Positions 10,838 to 31,406 of a stretch of 64,000 nt of DNA are shown here, piece by piece (the stretch's first letter is position 1; each line of letters begins with the position of its first letter). The stretch is from NCBI GenBank assembly GCA_963707635.1, contig OY970173.1, forward strand, positions 256,001-320,000, read 5' to 3'. A program made the translations under genes and the position numbers. The stretch is from Candidatus Latescibacterota bacterium (GTDB lineage Bacteria; Krumholzibacteriota; Krumholzibacteriia; WVZY01; JAKEHA01). Under the pieces are notes generated by a model, which saw only the letters and a program-made list of their open reading frames with translations, searched no databases and had not been told where the DNA came from.

Positions 10838-11206
10838 TCACAGCACTTCCGGCGCGAGCGAAATGATCTTCATGAATTTCTTGTCCCGGAGCTCGCGCGC
10901 AACCGGGCCAAAAATGCGCGTCCCGATGGGCTCCTGGTTGTCGTTGATAATGACCGCCGCGTTCTCGTCGAAGCGGATGAACGTCCCGTCCACGCGGCGC
11001 GTCTCCTTCTTCGTGCGCACGATGACCGCCTTCGCCACCTGGCCCTTCTTGACGAGCCCACCCGGGATGGCGACCTTGACGGACACCGAGATGACGTCGC
11101 CGATCGTCGCGCTGTTCTTCCGGGTCGAGCCGACCACCTGGATGCACTGCAACTTCTTGGCACCCGAGTTGTCGGCGACCTGAAGCATGGTCCTCATCTT
11201 GATCAT
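10838..11206 (-). CDS. rplN: 50S ribosomal protein L14
   Basis: [21 protein letters not shown]. Confidence 0.99.
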   Translation of the reverse strand: MIKMRTMLQVADNSGAKKLQCIQVVGSTRKNSATIGDVISVSVKVAIPGGLVKKGQVAKAVIVRTKKETRRVDGTFIRFDENAAVIINDNQEPIGTRIFGPVARELRDKKFMKIISLAPEVL

Positions 11207-11237
11207 AGCTATTACCTGCTTCTCTCCAGGCGGGCGA

Positions 11238-11516
11238 CTACTTCGCGCGCTCGATAACTTCGATCAGCCGCCAGCGCTTGGTCTTGCTCAAGGGCCGCGT
11301 CGACATGACGAGCACCTTGTCGCCGATCTGGCACGTGTTCTCGGGGTCGTGCGCGTAGAGCTTGGTGGTGCGCTTGATGTACTTGCCGTACACCGGGTGC
11401 TTCACCAGGCGCTCCACCGTGACCACGATGGTCTTGTCCATGCGATTGCTCTTCACCAGGCCGACGAACGTCTTGCGCCGCACCGGCTTTGCAGTCGTGT
11501 TTGCTTCGGTCATCAT
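11238..11516 (-). CDS. rpsQ: 30S ribosomal protein S17
   Basis: [16 protein letters not shown]. Confidence 0.99.
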   Translation of the reverse strand: MMTEANTTAKPVRRKTFVGLVKSNRMDKTIVVTVERLVKHPVYGKYIKRTTKLYAHDPENTCQIGDKVLVMSTRPLSKTKRWRLIEVIERAK

Positions 11517-11522
11517 TCCACC

Positions 11523-11747
11523 TTACCTGCCGGCGCGTTGCCGCGACGACGGCTCCTTGCCGGTCTGCTTCTGGGTGAGGATGGTGTTGGTGCGTGCGAT
11601 CTCGCGGCGCAGCGCACGAACTCGCAACGGATTCTCCAGCTGGCGCAGCACCAGCTTGACGCGCAGGTTCGCGAGCTCGTCGAGCAGCGCATCGTGGTGC
11701 GCCTGGAGCTCGACGGCCGTCAGGTTCCTCATGTCTTCCGCCTTCAT
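11523..11747 (-). CDS. rpmC: 50S ribosomal protein L29
   Basis: MKAEDMR...RREIAR..T; operon position. Confidence 0.95.
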   Translation of the reverse strand: MKAEDMRNLTAVELQAHHDALLDELANLRVKLVLRQLENPLRVRALRREIARTNTILTQKQTGKEPSSRQRAGR

Positions 11748-11750
11748 CGC

Positions 11751-12167
11751 CTATTCCTCCACGTCGCGCTGGACGAACTTCGTCTTGCAGGGGAGCTTGG
11801 AGGCCGCCAGCTCGAGGGCGCGCTTCGCGACGTCGGCGGCGACGCCTTCGAGCTCGAAGAGCACGCGCCCCGGCTTCACGACCGCAACCCAGTACTCCGG
11901 GTTCCCCTTGCCTTTTCCCATCCGGGTTTCCGCCGGCTTGACCGTCACGGGCTTGTCGGGGAACACGCGGATCCACAGTTTCCCCTGGCGCTTGATGTGA
12001 CGGGTAATCGCCACGCGCGCCGCCTCGATCTGCCGGTTCGTGATCCACTGCGGCTCCATCGCCTTCAATCCATAGGCGCCGAAAGCGATGGTTGCGCCCC
12101 GCGTCGCCTGTCCGCTCATGCGACCGCGCTGCTGCTTGCGGTGCTTCACGCGCTTCGGCATCAACAT
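11751..12167 (-). CDS. rplP: 50S ribosomal protein L16
   Basis: [19 protein letters not shown]. Confidence 0.99.
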   Translation of the reverse strand: MLMPKRVKHRKQQRGRMSGQATRGATIAFGAYGLKAMEPQWITNRQIEAARVAITRHIKRQGKLWIRVFPDKPVTVKPAETRMGKGKGNPEYWVAVVKPGRVLFELEGVAADVAKRALELAASKLPCKTKFVQRDVEE

Positions 12168-12170
12168 GGC

Positions 12171-12842
12171 TTACCGGACCCCCTCTGCGGCCTTGCTCAG
12201 CGACTTCTTGAACTCCTCGGGGAATATCTCCCCCTTGTAGATCCAGACCTTCACACCCACGGTGCCGAAGGTGGTGTGCGCGGTCGACCGCGCAAAGTCG
12301 ATGTCGGCGCGCAGCGTGTGCAGCGGCACCCGGCCCTCGTGGTAACCCTCGCGGCGGGCGATCTCGGCGCCGTTGAGGCGGCCCGAGCACTGCACCTTGA
12401 TTCCCTGTGCGCCCATGCGCATCGCGGACTGGATCGTCTTCTTCATGGCGCGGCGGAACGCCACCCGCTGCTGGAGCTGCATCGCAATGTGCTCGGCGAC
12501 GAGCTGGGCGTTGAGTTCGGGTTTCTTGACGTCCTTGATGTTGATCTGGACGTCGCGGCGGCACATCTGCTTGAGCTCATCGCGCAGCAGGTCCACTTCC
12601 GAGCCCTTGCGCCCGATGACCATCCCCGGACGCGCGGTAAAGATATTCACCGTCGCCTTGCCACCCGACCTCTCGATCTCGACGCGCGCCACACCGGCCT
12701 TGAACAGGCGGCGCTTGATGTAATCGCGCACCTTGATGTCCTCGTCGAGCCACCTCGAATACTCCTTCGAGGCGAACCAGCGGGAGTCCCAGGTTCGGTT
12801 GATACCGAGGCGGAAGCCGACCGGATTGGTCTTCTGTCCCAT
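12171..12842 (-). CDS. rpsC: 30S ribosomal protein S3
   Basis: [26 protein letters not shown]. Confidence 0.99.
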   Translation of the reverse strand: MGQKTNPVGFRLGINRTWDSRWFASKEYSRWLDEDIKVRDYIKRRLFKAGVARVEIERSGGKATVNIFTARPGMVIGRKGSEVDLLRDELKQMCRRDVQINIKDVKKPELNAQLVAEHIAMQLQQRVAFRRAMKKTIQSAMRMGAQGIKVQCSGRLNGAEIARREGYHEGRVPLHTLRADIDFARSTAHTTFGTVGVKVWIYKGEIFPEEFKKSLSKAAEGVR

Positions 12843-12872
12843 CAGCGGGACCTCCGCGTTGCCACACGTCGA

Positions 12873-13229
12873 TCATGCATTCTTGGGTTCCTCCGTCAGC
12901 GACACCGTCACCTTGATATGGCTGCTGCGCTTGCGAATTCGATACGCCCGGCCCTGCGCGCGCGGACGAATGCGATACATCGTCTTGCCCTCGTCGATCA
13001 GGATCGACTTCACGACCATGTCCTCCGCGGCGACGTGGCCCCCGTGCTTGTTGACGAGGTTGTGCATGGCCGACTGGATGGTCTTGCTGACCGCCTCCGA
13101 CGCGGCGCGCTTGGTGAAGCGCAGCAGCGTGAGCGCGCTGTCCACCTTGCGGCCCCGCACCAGGTCCGCGAGCTGGCGGACCTTGCGCGGCGGATAGCCG
13201 ACGTGCTTCGAAACTGCGTAGGCGTCCAT
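12873..13229 (-). CDS. rplV: 50S ribosomal protein L22
   Basis: PRKVR..ADLVRG; PRAQGRA. Confidence 0.98.
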   Translation of the reverse strand: MDAYAVSKHVGYPPRKVRQLADLVRGRKVDSALTLLRFTKRAASEAVSKTIQSAMHNLVNKHGGHVAAEDMVVKSILIDEGKTMYRIRPRAQGRAYRIRKRSSHIKVTVSLTEEPKNA

Positions 13230-13263
13230 GATTCCGTCCTTAGGAGCGCGAGCGCTGCCGCGA

Positions 13264-13560
13264 CTACGCGGCGGGCTTCTTCGCGGCCTTTTCTTCCTTG
13301 GTCTTGAACGTGTGTCCGCGGAACGTCCGCGTCAGCGAGAACTCGCCCATCTTGTGACCGACCATGTTCTCGGTGATGTACACGGGTATGAACTGCTTCC
13401 CGTTGTGCACGGCCAGGGTATGGCCGACCATCTCGGGCGAAATCGTCGAGCGCCGCGCCCACGTCTTGAGCACGCGCTTCTCGCCCGTCTGGTTCATCGA
13501 AGTGATCCGGCCCAACAGCCGTTCGTCGATGAACGGTCCTTTTTTCAAGCTCCTCGGCAT
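13264..13560 (-). CDS. rpsS: 30S ribosomal protein S19
   Basis: [17 protein letters not shown]. Confidence 0.99.
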   Translation of the reverse strand: MPRSLKKGPFIDERLLGRITSMNQTGEKRVLKTWARRSTISPEMVGHTLAVHNGKQFIPVYITENMVGHKMGEFSLTRTFRGHTFKTKEEKAAKKPAA

Positions 13561-13569
13561 ATCGACCCC

Positions 13570-14406
13570 TTATCCCTCGTGTTTCTTCTGGCGCCGGCGC
13601 ACGATCAACCGCGAGCTCGGCTTCTTCCGCTTGCGCGTCTTGCGACCATCCGGCAACCCCCACGGACTGCACGCCGGGCGGCCGCCGCTGGACTTGCCCT
13701 CGCCGCCACCCAGCGGATGGTCGACCGGATTCATCGCGACGCCGCGCACCTGCGGGCGACGTCCGAGCCACCGCGTCCGGCCCGCCTTGCCCGACACGAC
13801 GTTTTCGTGGTCGAGATTCCCGACCTGGCCCACGCTCGCATAGCACTCCTTGCGCACCATGCGCATTTCACCCGACGGAAGGCGCAGGGTCGCGTAGTTC
13901 CCGTCCTTCGCCATGAGCTGGGCGAACGAGCCCGCGGAACGCACCAGCTGCCCGCCCTTACCCACGACCAGCTCCACGTTGTGGACCATGGTGCCGACGG
14001 GGATCTTCTCCAGCGGCAGCGCGTTGCCGGGCTTGATGTCGGCCTCGGGCCCCGCGAGCACGCTGTCGCCGACTTTGAGCTCGTTGGGCGCGACGATGTA
14101 GTTCTTCTCTCCGTCGGCGTAGAAGAGCAGCGCGATGCGCGACGTGCGATTCGGATCGTACTCGATCGACACGACCTTCGCGGGGATGCCCACCTTGCGG
14201 CGCTTGAAGTCGATCACGCGGTAGCGGCGCTTGTGACCGCCGCCGCGGCGGCGCATCGTCTGACGTCCGGTATTGTTCCGCCCGCCCGACTTGCTCAACG
14301 GCGCCAGCAACGACTTCTCCGGAGTGGTGGTCGTGATCTCCGCAAAGTCCGAAACCGTCCGGTACCGGAGCGTCGGCGTGATCGGATTGAACTTCTTGAT
14401 ACCCAT
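13570..14406 (-). CDS. rplB: 50S ribosomal protein L2
   Basis: [18 protein letters not shown]. Confidence 0.99.
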   Translation of the reverse strand: MGIKKFNPITPTLRYRTVSDFAEITTTTPEKSLLAPLSKSGGRNNTGRQTMRRRGGGHKRRYRVIDFKRRKVGIPAKVVSIEYDPNRTSRIALLFYADGEKNYIVAPNELKVGDSVLAGPEADIKPGNALPLEKIPVGTMVHNVELVVGKGGQLVRSAGSFAQLMAKDGNYATLRLPSGEMRMVRKECYASVGQVGNLDHENVVSGKAGRTRWLGRRPQVRGVAMNPVDHPLGGGEGKSSGGRPACSPWGLPDGRKTRKRKKPSSRLIVRRRQKKHEG

Positions 14407-14418
14407 CGCGATCCTTCC

Positions 14419-14727
14419 CTAGGCGATGTCGAACGCCTCGATGGTCTGACCCTCGGCGAGCGTCACGTACGCCTTCTTCCAGTCCGAGCGAGCGCCGGCG
14501 TACCGGCCGGACTTGTTCATCGCCACCGCGATCTTGCCCGCGTAGTTGGCGGTGCGAACGTCCTTCACCTTGACGTTGAAGAGTTTCTCCACCGCCATCT
14601 TGATCTCGCGCTTGTTCGCCCTGCGATCGACGCGAAAGATGTAGCGGTTCTTGAGCTCTTTCATGATCGCGCCCTTTTCGGTGAGCATCGGGCGTTCGAT
14701 CACGAAACGAATGTCACGGTTCTTCAC
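14419..14727 (-). CDS. rplW: 50S ribosomal protein L23
   Basis: PMLTEK; WKKAYVTL; GTG start overlapping the rplD stop. Confidence 0.97.
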   Translation of the reverse strand: MKNRDIRFVIERPMLTEKGAIMKELKNRYIFRVDRRANKREIKMAVEKLFNVKVKDVRTANYAGKIAVAMNKSGRYAGARSDWKKAYVTLAEGQTIEAFDIA

Positions 14728-15356
14728 GACGCGTACACCTCTTCCATGCGCCGGAGCGCGGCGTCGGTCAGGACGATCTTGTCGGCCCAGACCACGTCGT
14801 AGGTGGTCACGGAGTCGGCGATCGCGATGCGCACGCCGGTGACGTTGCGCGCCGACTTGATGGTCGGACCGTCCGCCTTGTCCAGGATGACCAGCGCCTT
14901 CTTGAGCTTGTGGGCATCCATGTTCTTCAAGACTGAGGTGAAGGCCTTGGTCTTCGGGGCCGCGAACTCGAACGCCTTGATGACCAGGATGTCGCCGTCT
15001 TTGGCCCGCGCCGTGAGCGACGACTTGAGCGCCACGCGCTTGACCTTCTTGTTCACCTTCAGACGGTGGTCGCGCGGGTGCGGCCCGAACACCGTCCCGC
15101 CGCCGCGCCACAGCGGCGAGCGAATCGTGCCCGCGCGGGCGCGCCCGGTGCCCTTCTGGCGCCACGGCTTCTTGCCGCCGCCGCGCACGTCGGAGCGCTC
15201 CTTGGTGTTGACCGTGCCCTGCCGCTGGTTCGCCAGGTAGGCGACCACCGCCTCGTGCACGGCGAACTGGTTGACCTCGGCCTCGAACAGGCTCTTCGGC
15301 AACTCCACCGTTCCCGCCCGTTTGCCGTCCTTCTCAAAACAAGCCGCGGTTGCCAT
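14724..15356 (-). CDS. rplD: 50S ribosomal protein L4
   Basis: [14 protein letters not shown]. Confidence 0.99.
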   Translation of the reverse strand: MATAACFEKDGKRAGTVELPKSLFEAEVNQFAVHEAVVAYLANQRQGTVNTKERSDVRGGGKKPWRQKGTGRARAGTIRSPLWRGGGTVFGPHPRDHRLKVNKKVKRVALKSSLTARAKDGDILVIKAFEFAAPKTKAFTSVLKNMDAHKLKKALVILDKADGPTIKSARNVTGVRIAIADSVTTYDVVWADKIVLTDAALRRMEEVYAS

Positions 15357-15360
15357 CCGA

Positions 15361-15981
15361 TTACCTCGCGTCCGTGCGCACGATGACGATTCCATTGTTG
15401 GCGCCGGGGATGCTGCCCTTGATGAACAGCAGGTTGTTCTCCGCGTCGATCTGCACCAGCGTCAGGTTGCGCGTGGTGCTGCGCGCTCCGCCCATGCGCC
15501 CGGGCATGCGCTTGCCCGGGAAAGTGCGCGACGGATACGCCGACGCGCCGACCGAACCGGGCTCGCGATAGTTCTTGTTGCCGTGGGTCTTGCGCCCGCG
15601 CTGGAAGTGGTGGCGTCGAATCGTGCCCTGGAATCCCTTACCCTTCGACGTGCCCGTCACGTGCACGACCTTGGCCCCCTCGAATACCTTCACGTCGAGC
15701 GTGTCCCCGACCTTGAAAGCGGACGGGTCGGCGACGCGCACTTCGCGCAGGATCCTCCGCGGCGTGACGTTCGCCTTCTTCGTGTGCCCCAGCTCCGGCT
15801 TGGTCATGCGGGACTCCTTGGCTTCGTCGAAGCCGATCTGGATCGCCGCGTAGCCTTCCTTGTCGAGCGTCTTCACCTGGATGATCGGGCACGGCCCGGC
15901 CTCGACCACCGAGACCGGCACGACCCGGCCGGACTCCTCGAACAACTGCGTCATCCCAATTTTCTTACCGATCAGCATCAT
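15361..15981 (-). CDS. rplC: 50S ribosomal protein L3
   Basis: GKKIGMTQ; SKGKGFQG. Confidence 0.99.
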   Translation of the reverse strand: MMLIGKKIGMTQLFEESGRVVPVSVVEAGPCPIIQVKTLDKEGYAAIQIGFDEAKESRMTKPELGHTKKANVTPRRILREVRVADPSAFKVGDTLDVKVFEGAKVVHVTGTSKGKGFQGTIRRHHFQRGRKTHGNKNYREPGSVGASAYPSRTFPGKRMPGRMGGARSTTRNLTLVQIDAENNLLFIKGSIPGANNGIVIVRTDAR

Positions 15982-16006
15982 GGTAGTTCAGCACCTTCTC
16001 ACTCGA

Positions 16007-16098
16007 GCCGGGCACATTGGTGTTCGACGCGATTTCACGAGGCGCGCTTCCAACGTTTGCGCGCGAAGTGCATGAGCGGAGAACACAATGGGCACGGC
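16007..16098 (+). repeat. Structured intergenic repeat, copy C (G-A-rich fold on plus strand)
   Basis: TTCGACGCGATTTCACGAGGCGCGC-loop-GCGCGCGAAGTGCATGAGCGGAGAA inside GCCG..CATTG.TGTTC / GAACACAATG..CGGC stem. Confidence 0.9.
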
Positions 16099-16105
16099 GC
16101 TGTCC

Positions 16106-16414
16106 CTACGTTTTGATCTCGATGTCCACGCCCGCCGGCAAAACCAGCTTGGTGAGGTCATCGATCGTCTGCTGCGTCGTGTGCGTCAAGTCGATCATGC
16201 GCTTGTGAATGCGAATCTCGAACTGCTCCCGAGACTTCTTGTTCACGTGCGGCGAACGAAGCACCGTGTACACCGAGCGCCGCGTCGGAAGCGGAATCGG
16301 CCCGATGACGCGCGCGCCAGTACGTCGCGCCGTGCGGACGATATCGTCCGTCGTGCGATCGAGCGTTGCGTGCTCGTACGCCTTCAGTTTGATGCGGATT
16401 CTCTGGCCTTCCAA
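16106..16414 (-). CDS. rpsJ: 30S ribosomal protein S10
   Basis: [29 protein letters not shown]. Confidence 0.99.
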   Translation of the reverse strand: MEGQRIRIKLKAYEHATLDRTTDDIVRTARRTGARVIGPIPLPTRRSVYTVLRSPHVNKKSREQFEIRIHKRMIDLTHTTQQTIDDLTKLVLPAGVDIEIKT

Positions 16415-16433
16415 CGGTGGCTCCTCTCGAAAG

Positions 16434-17621
<1,188 letters not shown>

Positions 17622-17669
17622 CGATCCCTCCTCCTTGACTTACCGATTCATGCCGTCGCGATCGACGCG

Positions 17670-19775
17670 CTAGCTGGCGACTTTCCCCTGGTATTTGTTG
17701 ATGATTTCTTCCGCGACGCTCTTGGGAGCCGGCTCGTAGCACGCGAACTGCATGGTGTAGACGGCGCGCCCCTGCGTCAGCGAGCGCAGCGAGGTGGCGT
17801 AGCCGAACATCTCCGCGAGTGGAACCCGGGCGGTGATGATCTGCGCGTCGGCGCGCTGCGTCATGCCGCCGATCTTGCCCCGCCGCGAGCTCAAGTCGGC
17901 GATGGCGTCACCCATGTACTCCTTCGGACAGACCACCTCGACGTCCATGATCGGCTCGATGAGCTTCGGGTTCGACTTGCGCATGGCTTCCTTGAACGCC
18001 ATCGACGCGGCCATTAGAAACGCGATCTCGCTCGAATCGACTTCGTGGTAGGAGCCGTCGAGCAGTTGCACCTTGACCCCCACTACCGGGTACCCGGCCA
18101 GCACTCCGCTCGCGAGCGCGCCCTTGATACCCTTCTCCACCGCCGGGACATACTCGCGCGGCACGGTTCCGCCGATGACCTTGTTCTCGAACACGAAGTC
18201 GACGCCCTCTTCCGCCGGCTCGCAGTGGATCACCACGTGGCCGTACTGGCCGCGGCCGCCGGACTGCTTGATGAACTTGCCCACCGCGTCGGCGGGCTGG
18301 CCGAAGGCTTCCTTGTAGGCCACTTCCGGCTTGCCGACGTTGGCGCCGACTCTGAACTCGCGCAGCATGCGGTCCACCAGGATCTCGAGGTGCAGTTCGC
18401 CCATGCCGGAGATGATGGTCTGCCCGGTCTCTTCGTCGCTGCGGACGCGGAAGGTCGGGTCCTCGTCGGAGAGCTTGACCAGCGCCTCCGAGAGTTTCTC
18501 CTGGTCGCCGGCGGTCTTGGGCTCGATCGCCACCGAAATCACCGGCTCGGGGAAGTGCATCTTCTCGAGCACGACCGGGTGTTTCATGTCGCACAGCGTG
18601 TCGCCGGTGCGCGCGTCCTTGAGGCCGATCACCGCGCAGATATCCCCGGCGTAGACGTCCTCGATCTCCTCGCGCTTGTCGGCGTGCAGCTGCATCAACC
18701 GGCCGATGCGCTCCTTGCGGCTGGTGGTCGCATTCAGCACCGTGGTCCCGGACTCCACCTTGCCGCTGTACACGCGGATGTAGGTGAGCTTGCCGACGTG
18801 CGGGTCGGTCATGATCTTGAAGACCAGGGCGGAAAAGGGTTCGTTCTCGTCGGCCTTGCGCGTCTCGAGTTCGGTGCTGTAGAGGCTGTGTCCGGTGATG
18901 GGGGGGATGTCCGCGGGCGAGGGCAGCAGGTGCACGACGGCGTCGAGCAGGCGCTGGATGCCCTTGTTCTTGAACGCGGCGCCACACATCACGGGCACGA
19001 ACTTGCTTTCCAGCATCGCCTTCTTCATCGCGCGGCGCAGCGTTTCCTGCGCGCCTTCGCCCGTGTCGAGGAACTGCGTCATCAATTCCTCGTCGAAATC
19101 CGAGAGATTCTCGACCAGGCTGGCGCGGTACTCCCTGGCCAGCTCGAGCAGATCGGCGGGGATATCGTGCTCGTCGTACGTCATGCCCTTGGTGTCTTCG
19201 TGGTAGAAGAACGCCTTCATGCGGATCAGGTCGACGATGCCGTTGAAGAGGTCGCCGGCGCCGATCGGGAGCTGGATGGGAACCGCGTTGGCCCCCAGCC
19301 GGTCCTTCATCATCTGCACCACGTTGAGGAAGTCGGCGCCCATGCGGTCCATCTTGTTGACGAACGCGATGCGCGGCACGCCGTACTTGTCGGCCTGGCG
19401 CCACACCGTTTCCGACTGCGGCTCTACGCCGCCGACCGCGCAGAACACGCCGATCGCCCCGTCGAGCACGCGCAGGCTCCGCTCCACCTCGGCGGTGAAG
19501 TCCACGTGGCCAGGCGTGTCGATGATGTTGATGCGAACTTCCTGGCCCTTGTTGTTCTTCCACGCGCACGTGGTGGCGGCGGAGGTGATGGTGATGCCGC
19601 GCTCGCGCTCCTGCACCATCCAGTCCATGATGGTGGTGCCGTCGTGGACTTCGCCCAGGCGGTGCGTCTTTCCGGTATAGAAAAGAATGCGCTCCGTAAG
19701 CGTCGTCTTACCGGCATCGATGTGGGCCATGATGCCGATATTGCGTACTCGATCGAGTGGAATCTTCCTGGCCAT
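17670..19775 (-). CDS. fusA: Elongation factor G
   Basis: [26 protein letters not shown]. Confidence 0.99.
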   Translation of the reverse strand: MARKIPLDRVRNIGIMAHIDAGKTTLTERILFYTGKTHRLGEVHDGTTIMDWMVQERERGITITSAATTCAWKNNKGQEVRINIIDTPGHVDFTAEVERSLRVLDGAIGVFCAVGGVEPQSETVWRQADKYGVPRIAFVNKMDRMGADFLNVVQMMKDRLGANAVPIQLPIGAGDLFNGIVDLIRMKAFFYHEDTKGMTYDEHDIPADLLELAREYRASLVENLSDFDEELMTQFLDTGEGAQETLRRAMKKAMLESKFVPVMCGAAFKNKGIQRLLDAVVHLLPSPADIPPITGHSLYSTELETRKADENEPFSALVFKIMTDPHVGKLTYIRVYSGKVESGTTVLNATTSRKERIGRLMQLHADKREEIEDVYAGDICAVIGLKDARTGDTLCDMKHPVVLEKMHFPEPVISVAIEPKTAGDQEKLSEALVKLSDEDPTFRVRSDEETGQTIISGMGELHLEILVDRMLREFRVGANVGKPEVAYKEAFGQPADAVGKFIKQSGGRGQYGHVVIHCEPAEEGVDFVFENKVIGGTVPREYVPAVEKGIKGALASGVLAGYPVVGVKVQLLDGSYHEVDSSEIAFLMAASMAFKEAMRKSNPKLIEPIMDVEVVCPKEYMGDAIADLSSRRGKIGGMTQRADAQIITARVPLAEMFGYATSLRSLTQGRAVYTMQFACYEPAPKSVAEEIINKYQGKVAS

Positions 19776-19982
19776 ATCCCTTTACCGACTCCCGCGGCGC
19801 GAGCCGACGACGAGCCGAAAGGGCTCGGCCGTCAGGTGGACACCGGCGGGAAAGTGCACCCAGATGCTCTGATGAAGAAGCCTCCGAGTATCGATTATTT
19901 GATGCCCGTCAATTCGTAGACTACCGAATCGCGGGGTTAGGGGTTCGCGCGGCAACCGCCGCTTCCAAACCGTCCGTGGGAA

Positions 19983-20453
19983 CTACCAGCGGAAGTGGGC
20001 GAACGCCTTGTTGGCATCCGCCATCTTGTGGGTGTCTTCCTTCTTCTTGACGGACGGGCCCTCCGAACGAGCGGCCTGCATCAATTCGTTTGCTACGCGT
20101 TCCGACATCGTGCTCTCCGAGCGCAAACGCGCGTACGACGAAATCCAACGCATCGCCAGAGCGACGCGGCGCGACGAACGGACCTCGATGGGCACCTGAT
20201 AGTTGGCGCCACCCACGCGCCGCGACGTCACTTCCAGCGACGGCTTCACGTTTTCCAGCGCCTTCTTGAATACCTCGACCCCGCGCTGGCCGGTCTTCTC
20301 TTCGATGATCCCGAATGCGTCGTAGACGATGCCTTCTGCGATCGACTTCTTGCCGCGACGCATGACGTAGTTGATGAACCGGGCGACCATCGGGTCGTTG
20401 AACTTCAGGTCACCGAGGTATGTCTTCTTTCTCGAACGGTTTCTTCTCGACAT
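19983..20453 (-). CDS. rpsG: 30S ribosomal protein S7
   Basis: RRVGGANYQVP; ANKAFAHFRW. Confidence 0.99.
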   Translation of the reverse strand: MSRRNRSRKKTYLGDLKFNDPMVARFINYVMRRGKKSIAEGIVYDAFGIIEEKTGQRGVEVFKKALENVKPSLEVTSRRVGGANYQVPIEVRSSRRVALAMRWISSYARLRSESTMSERVANELMQAARSEGPSVKKKEDTHKMADANKAFAHFRW

Positions 20454-20465
20454 CGCTACTATCCT

Positions 20466-20840
20466 CTACGACTTCGGCCGCTTGGCGCCGTACTTGGACC
20501 GGCCGTTACGACGGGCGTCGACGCCCGAGGTGTCCAACACCCCGCGGACGATGTGGTAACGCACGCCCGGAAGGTCCTTTACGCGCCCCCCGCGGATGAG
20601 CACTATCGAGTGCTCCTGCAAGTTGTGCCCTTCGCCCGGGATGTACGCGGTCACTTCGATCCCGTTGGTCAGCCGCACGCGCGCGACCTTGCGCAGCGCC
20701 GAGTTCGGCTTCTTGGGCGTCTGCGTGTACACCCGGGTGCACACCCCGCGCTTCTGCGGGCACGACGCCATCGCCGGGGTCTTGGACCGGTCCAGCTGGG
20801 CCACCCGGCCATGGCGAATTAATTGATTAATTGTCGGCAC
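20466..20840 (-). CDS. rpsL: 30S ribosomal protein S12
   Basis: [26 protein letters not shown]. Confidence 0.99.
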   Translation of the reverse strand: MPTINQLIRHGRVAQLDRSKTPAMASCPQKRGVCTRVYTQTPKKPNSALRKVARVRLTNGIEVTAYIPGEGHNLQEHSIVLIRGGRVKDLPGVRYHIVRGVLDTSGVDARRNGRSKYGAKRPKS

Positions 20841-20886
20841 TCATCCTCCGTGCTCGGCGCAAATGCCCCCGTCGCATCCAGGCGGT

Positions 20887-20895
20887 TGTGGATAA
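20887..20895 (-). promoter_or_regulatory. Consensus DnaA box in the rpsL leader
   Basis: TGTGGATAA on plus = TTATCCACA on minus. Confidence 0.5.
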
Positions 20896-20994
20896 CTTCC
20901 GCGCGGGACAGGCGCCGGGAGCCGTAACTAACGAATTATGTTGTGGTTACCAGAACTTCCGAGTTTCAGGAAGTGATGGAGCCGCGAACCCCGG

Positions 20995-21023
20995 ACTTTA
21001 TCGGCTTCCGTAACCACTGTCAA
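20995..21023 (-). promoter_or_regulatory. Sigma70-type promoter of the str/S10 transcript
   Basis: TTGACA (21023-21018) - 17 nt - TAAAGT (21000-20995). Confidence 0.75.
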
Positions 21024-21042
21024 GCCCCTTTTGGAGCGAGAC

Positions 21043-25167
<4,125 letters not shown>

Positions 25168-25213
25168 CTGAGACTCCTTCTCCGGCGGCGCAGCTTGGCA
25201 CCGCCAGCTTGGA

Positions 25214-29045
<3,832 letters not shown>

Positions 29046-29224
29046 CGTATCCTCAGCGTGACGGGGTCGTTGCAGTGAGCGTCCGCGCGTTCTTGAAACC
29101 GCCTACGACGCGTGCGGGCGCAGGGCACGAAGGCCACTGCGCCTGGGGCGCTTGCGCGCAAACACACGCCGGTAGACGCCGGTCGCCTGCGCGACCCCGG
29201 GCGTCGGTCGGCGTACTTCGCGCG

Positions 29225-29620
29225 CTACTTGATGTCGACGCTAGCGCCGACGTCGGTGAGTTTCTTCTTGATCTCTTCCGCTTCGGCCTTGTTGACGCCC
29301 TCTTTGACGGGCTTCGGGGCCCCTTCGACGAGGTCCTTGGCTTCCTTCAGACCGAGGGCCGTGATCTCACGCACGACCTTGATGACCTTGATCTTCTCGG
29401 CGCCGGCGCCCGAGAGGATGACGTCGAACTCGGTCTTCTCCTCGGCCACGGCCGCGCCCGCGCCCGGAACGCCCGCAAACGCCATCGGCGCCGCGGCGGT
29501 CACGCCGAAACGATCCTCGAGCGCCTTGACGAGCTCCGCCATCTCGATGAGCGTCAGCCGCTCGATGGCCTCCATCGCCGACTGCGCATTCGAACTGGAA
29601 AGCTTGACTGCTTCAGACAT
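29225..29620 (-). CDS. rplL: 50S ribosomal protein L7/L12
   Basis: [20 protein letters not shown]. Confidence 0.99.
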   Translation of the reverse strand: MSEAVKLSSSNAQSAMEAIERLTLIEMAELVKALEDRFGVTAAAPMAFAGVPGAGAAVAEEKTEFDVILSGAGAEKIKVIKVVREITALGLKEAKDLVEGAPKPVKEGVNKAEAEEIKKKLTDVGASVDIK

Positions 29621-29681
29621 GGTCCTTACTCCTTCTTCTTCACCGATGGTTGACAGCTACAAAAACGAGGCAGCGCCTCAC

Positions 29682-30197
29682 CTACGACTGCTTTTCAGAA
29701 GCCTGTTTCAACACGCTCGCGAGGCTGCGCAGCGGCCCCTGCATGACCGACACGAGGTTGCGCGCCGGCCCTTCGATCCCGCCCAGGAGCTGTGCCAGGA
29801 GCTCGTTCCGGGTGGGGAGCTTCGAGATCGCGATCACGGCCTTCGCATCCAGCACGGTGCCGTCGACGAAGCCGGCCTTGAACTTGGGGAGCTCGTGCTC
29901 CTCCGCGAACTTGGCGAGCACCTTCGCGGCCGTGTTCTCGGTCTCGCGGCTCACCGCGATCGCGGTCGGGCCGTCGAAATAGGGGGCCAGTCCTACCGCC
30001 GCGGTCTTTTGTACACCGAGTTTGGCGAGCGTGTTCTTGACCACTTTGAGCTCCACGCCCTGCTGGCGGCACCGGCGACGCAGCTCCGTCACCTTGGCGA
30101 CGTTGAGCCCGGTCAGGTCCGCAAGCACCACGGACCGGGCGCCGTTGACCGCCGCCGCGATGGACTCGACCTGCGTGATTTTTTCCGGACGGGCCAT
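29682..30197 (-). CDS. rplJ: 50S ribosomal protein L10
   Basis: VVKNTLA; GPTAIA; SKLPT. Confidence 0.98.
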   Translation of the reverse strand: MARPEKITQVESIAAAVNGARSVVLADLTGLNVAKVTELRRRCRQQGVELKVVKNTLAKLGVQKTAAVGLAPYFDGPTAIAVSRETENTAAKVLAKFAEEHELPKFKAGFVDGTVLDAKAVIAISKLPTRNELLAQLLGGIEGPARNLVSVMQGPLRSLASVLKQASEKQS

Positions 30198-30220
30198 TAG
30201 CGTACCTCCATTTGCCGCCG

Positions 30221-30919
30221 CTATTGCAGCGCGCTGACGACTGCGCTGTCGATCTTCACCGACGGGCCCATCGTCGACGAAATCGACATGCTCTTGATGT
30301 AGCGCCCCTTGCTCGAGGCCGGTTTCGCGCGCACGATCTCGTGCACCAGCGTCTTCAGGTTCTCGAGCAGTTTCTCGTACTCGAACGACTTCTTCCCGAT
30401 GGGGATGTGGAGATTCGCGCTCTTGTCGACGCGATACTCGACCTTGCCCGCCTTGACGTCGCGCACCGCCTTGGCGACGTCGAACGTCACCGTCCCGCTC
30501 TTCGGGTTCGGCATCAGGCCTCGGGGCCCGAGCGTGCGGCCCAGTTTGCCGACCTCGCCCATGAGGTCGGGGGTCGCGATGATCACGTCCACGTCGGTCC
30601 AGCCCTGCTGGAGCTTGGGCAGGTACTCCTGGGCGCCCACGAAGTCGGCGCCGGCGTCCGTCGCCTCTTTTTCCTTTTCGCCCCGCGCGAGCACGAGCAC
30701 GCGCACCGTGCGGCCGGTGCCGTACGGCAGCACGATGGTCCCGCGGACCTGCTGGTCGGCCTGGCGCGGGTCGACGCCGAGCTGCGCGGACAATTCGATG
30801 GTCTCGTCGAACTTCGCGGTCGCGGTCTCCTTGACCAGGCGCACCGCGGTCTCGAGGTCGTAATGCGACGCGTGGTCGATCTTCGCCGCGGCCGCGGTAT
30901 AGCGTTTGCCCTGCTTCAT
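30221..30919 (-). CDS. rplA: 50S ribosomal protein L1
   Basis: [20 protein letters not shown]. Confidence 0.99.
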   Translation of the reverse strand: MKQGKRYTAAAAKIDHASHYDLETAVRLVKETATAKFDETIELSAQLGVDPRQADQQVRGTIVLPYGTGRTVRVLVLARGEKEKEATDAGADFVGAQEYLPKLQQGWTDVDVIIATPDLMGEVGKLGRTLGPRGLMPNPKSGTVTFDVAKAVRDVKAGKVEYRVDKSANLHIPIGKKSFEYEKLLENLKTLVHEIVRAKPASSKGRYIKSMSISSTMGPSVKIDSAVVSALQ

Positions 30920-30923
30920 TCCT

Positions 30924-31391
30924 CTAGTCCTCCACCACGATGCCCATGCTGCGCGCCGTGCCCGCGACCATCCTCGCGGCCGCTTCGACATCGACGGCGT
31001 TCAGGTCGGGCATCTTCGTTTCCGCGATCTTTCGCACCTGGCTCATCGTGACCTTGCCCACCTTGTTGCGGTTGGGCTCACCGGACCCCTTCGCGAGGCC
31101 GGCCGCCATTTTGAGCAGCACCGACGCCGGCGGCGTCTTGGTGATGAAGTCGAACGAACGATCCGAGTACACGGTCAGCAGCACGGGGATGATGACCCCG
31201 GCCTGCGGCTGCGTGCGCGCGTTGAACTGCTTGCAGAACTCCATGATGTTGACGCCGTGCTGCCCGAGCGCCGGACCCACCGGCGGCGCGGGCGTGGCGT
31301 TCCCACCCGGGATCTGCAACTTGACGGTCGTTACGACCTTCTTGCTCTTGCCGCCTTTGGTCGCGGCCGGTTTCTGCGGAGCAGCCATCAC
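30924..31391 (-). CDS. rplK: 50S ribosomal protein L11
   Basis: [22 protein letters not shown]. Confidence 0.99.
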   Translation of the reverse strand: MMAAPQKPAATKGGKSKKVVTTVKLQIPGGNATPAPPVGPALGQHGVNIMEFCKQFNARTQPQAGVIIPVLLTVYSDRSFDFITKTPPASVLLKMAAGLAKGSGEPNRNKVGKVTMSQVRKIAETKMPDLNAVDVEAAARMVAGTARSMGIVVED

Positions 31392-31406
31392 CAGTCTCCA
31401 GTACGC

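Noticed and set aside
19848..19890. Hammerhead ribozyme (GAAA...CTGATGA at 19869)
   Set aside because: Stems I-III cannot be formed around the core nucleotides.
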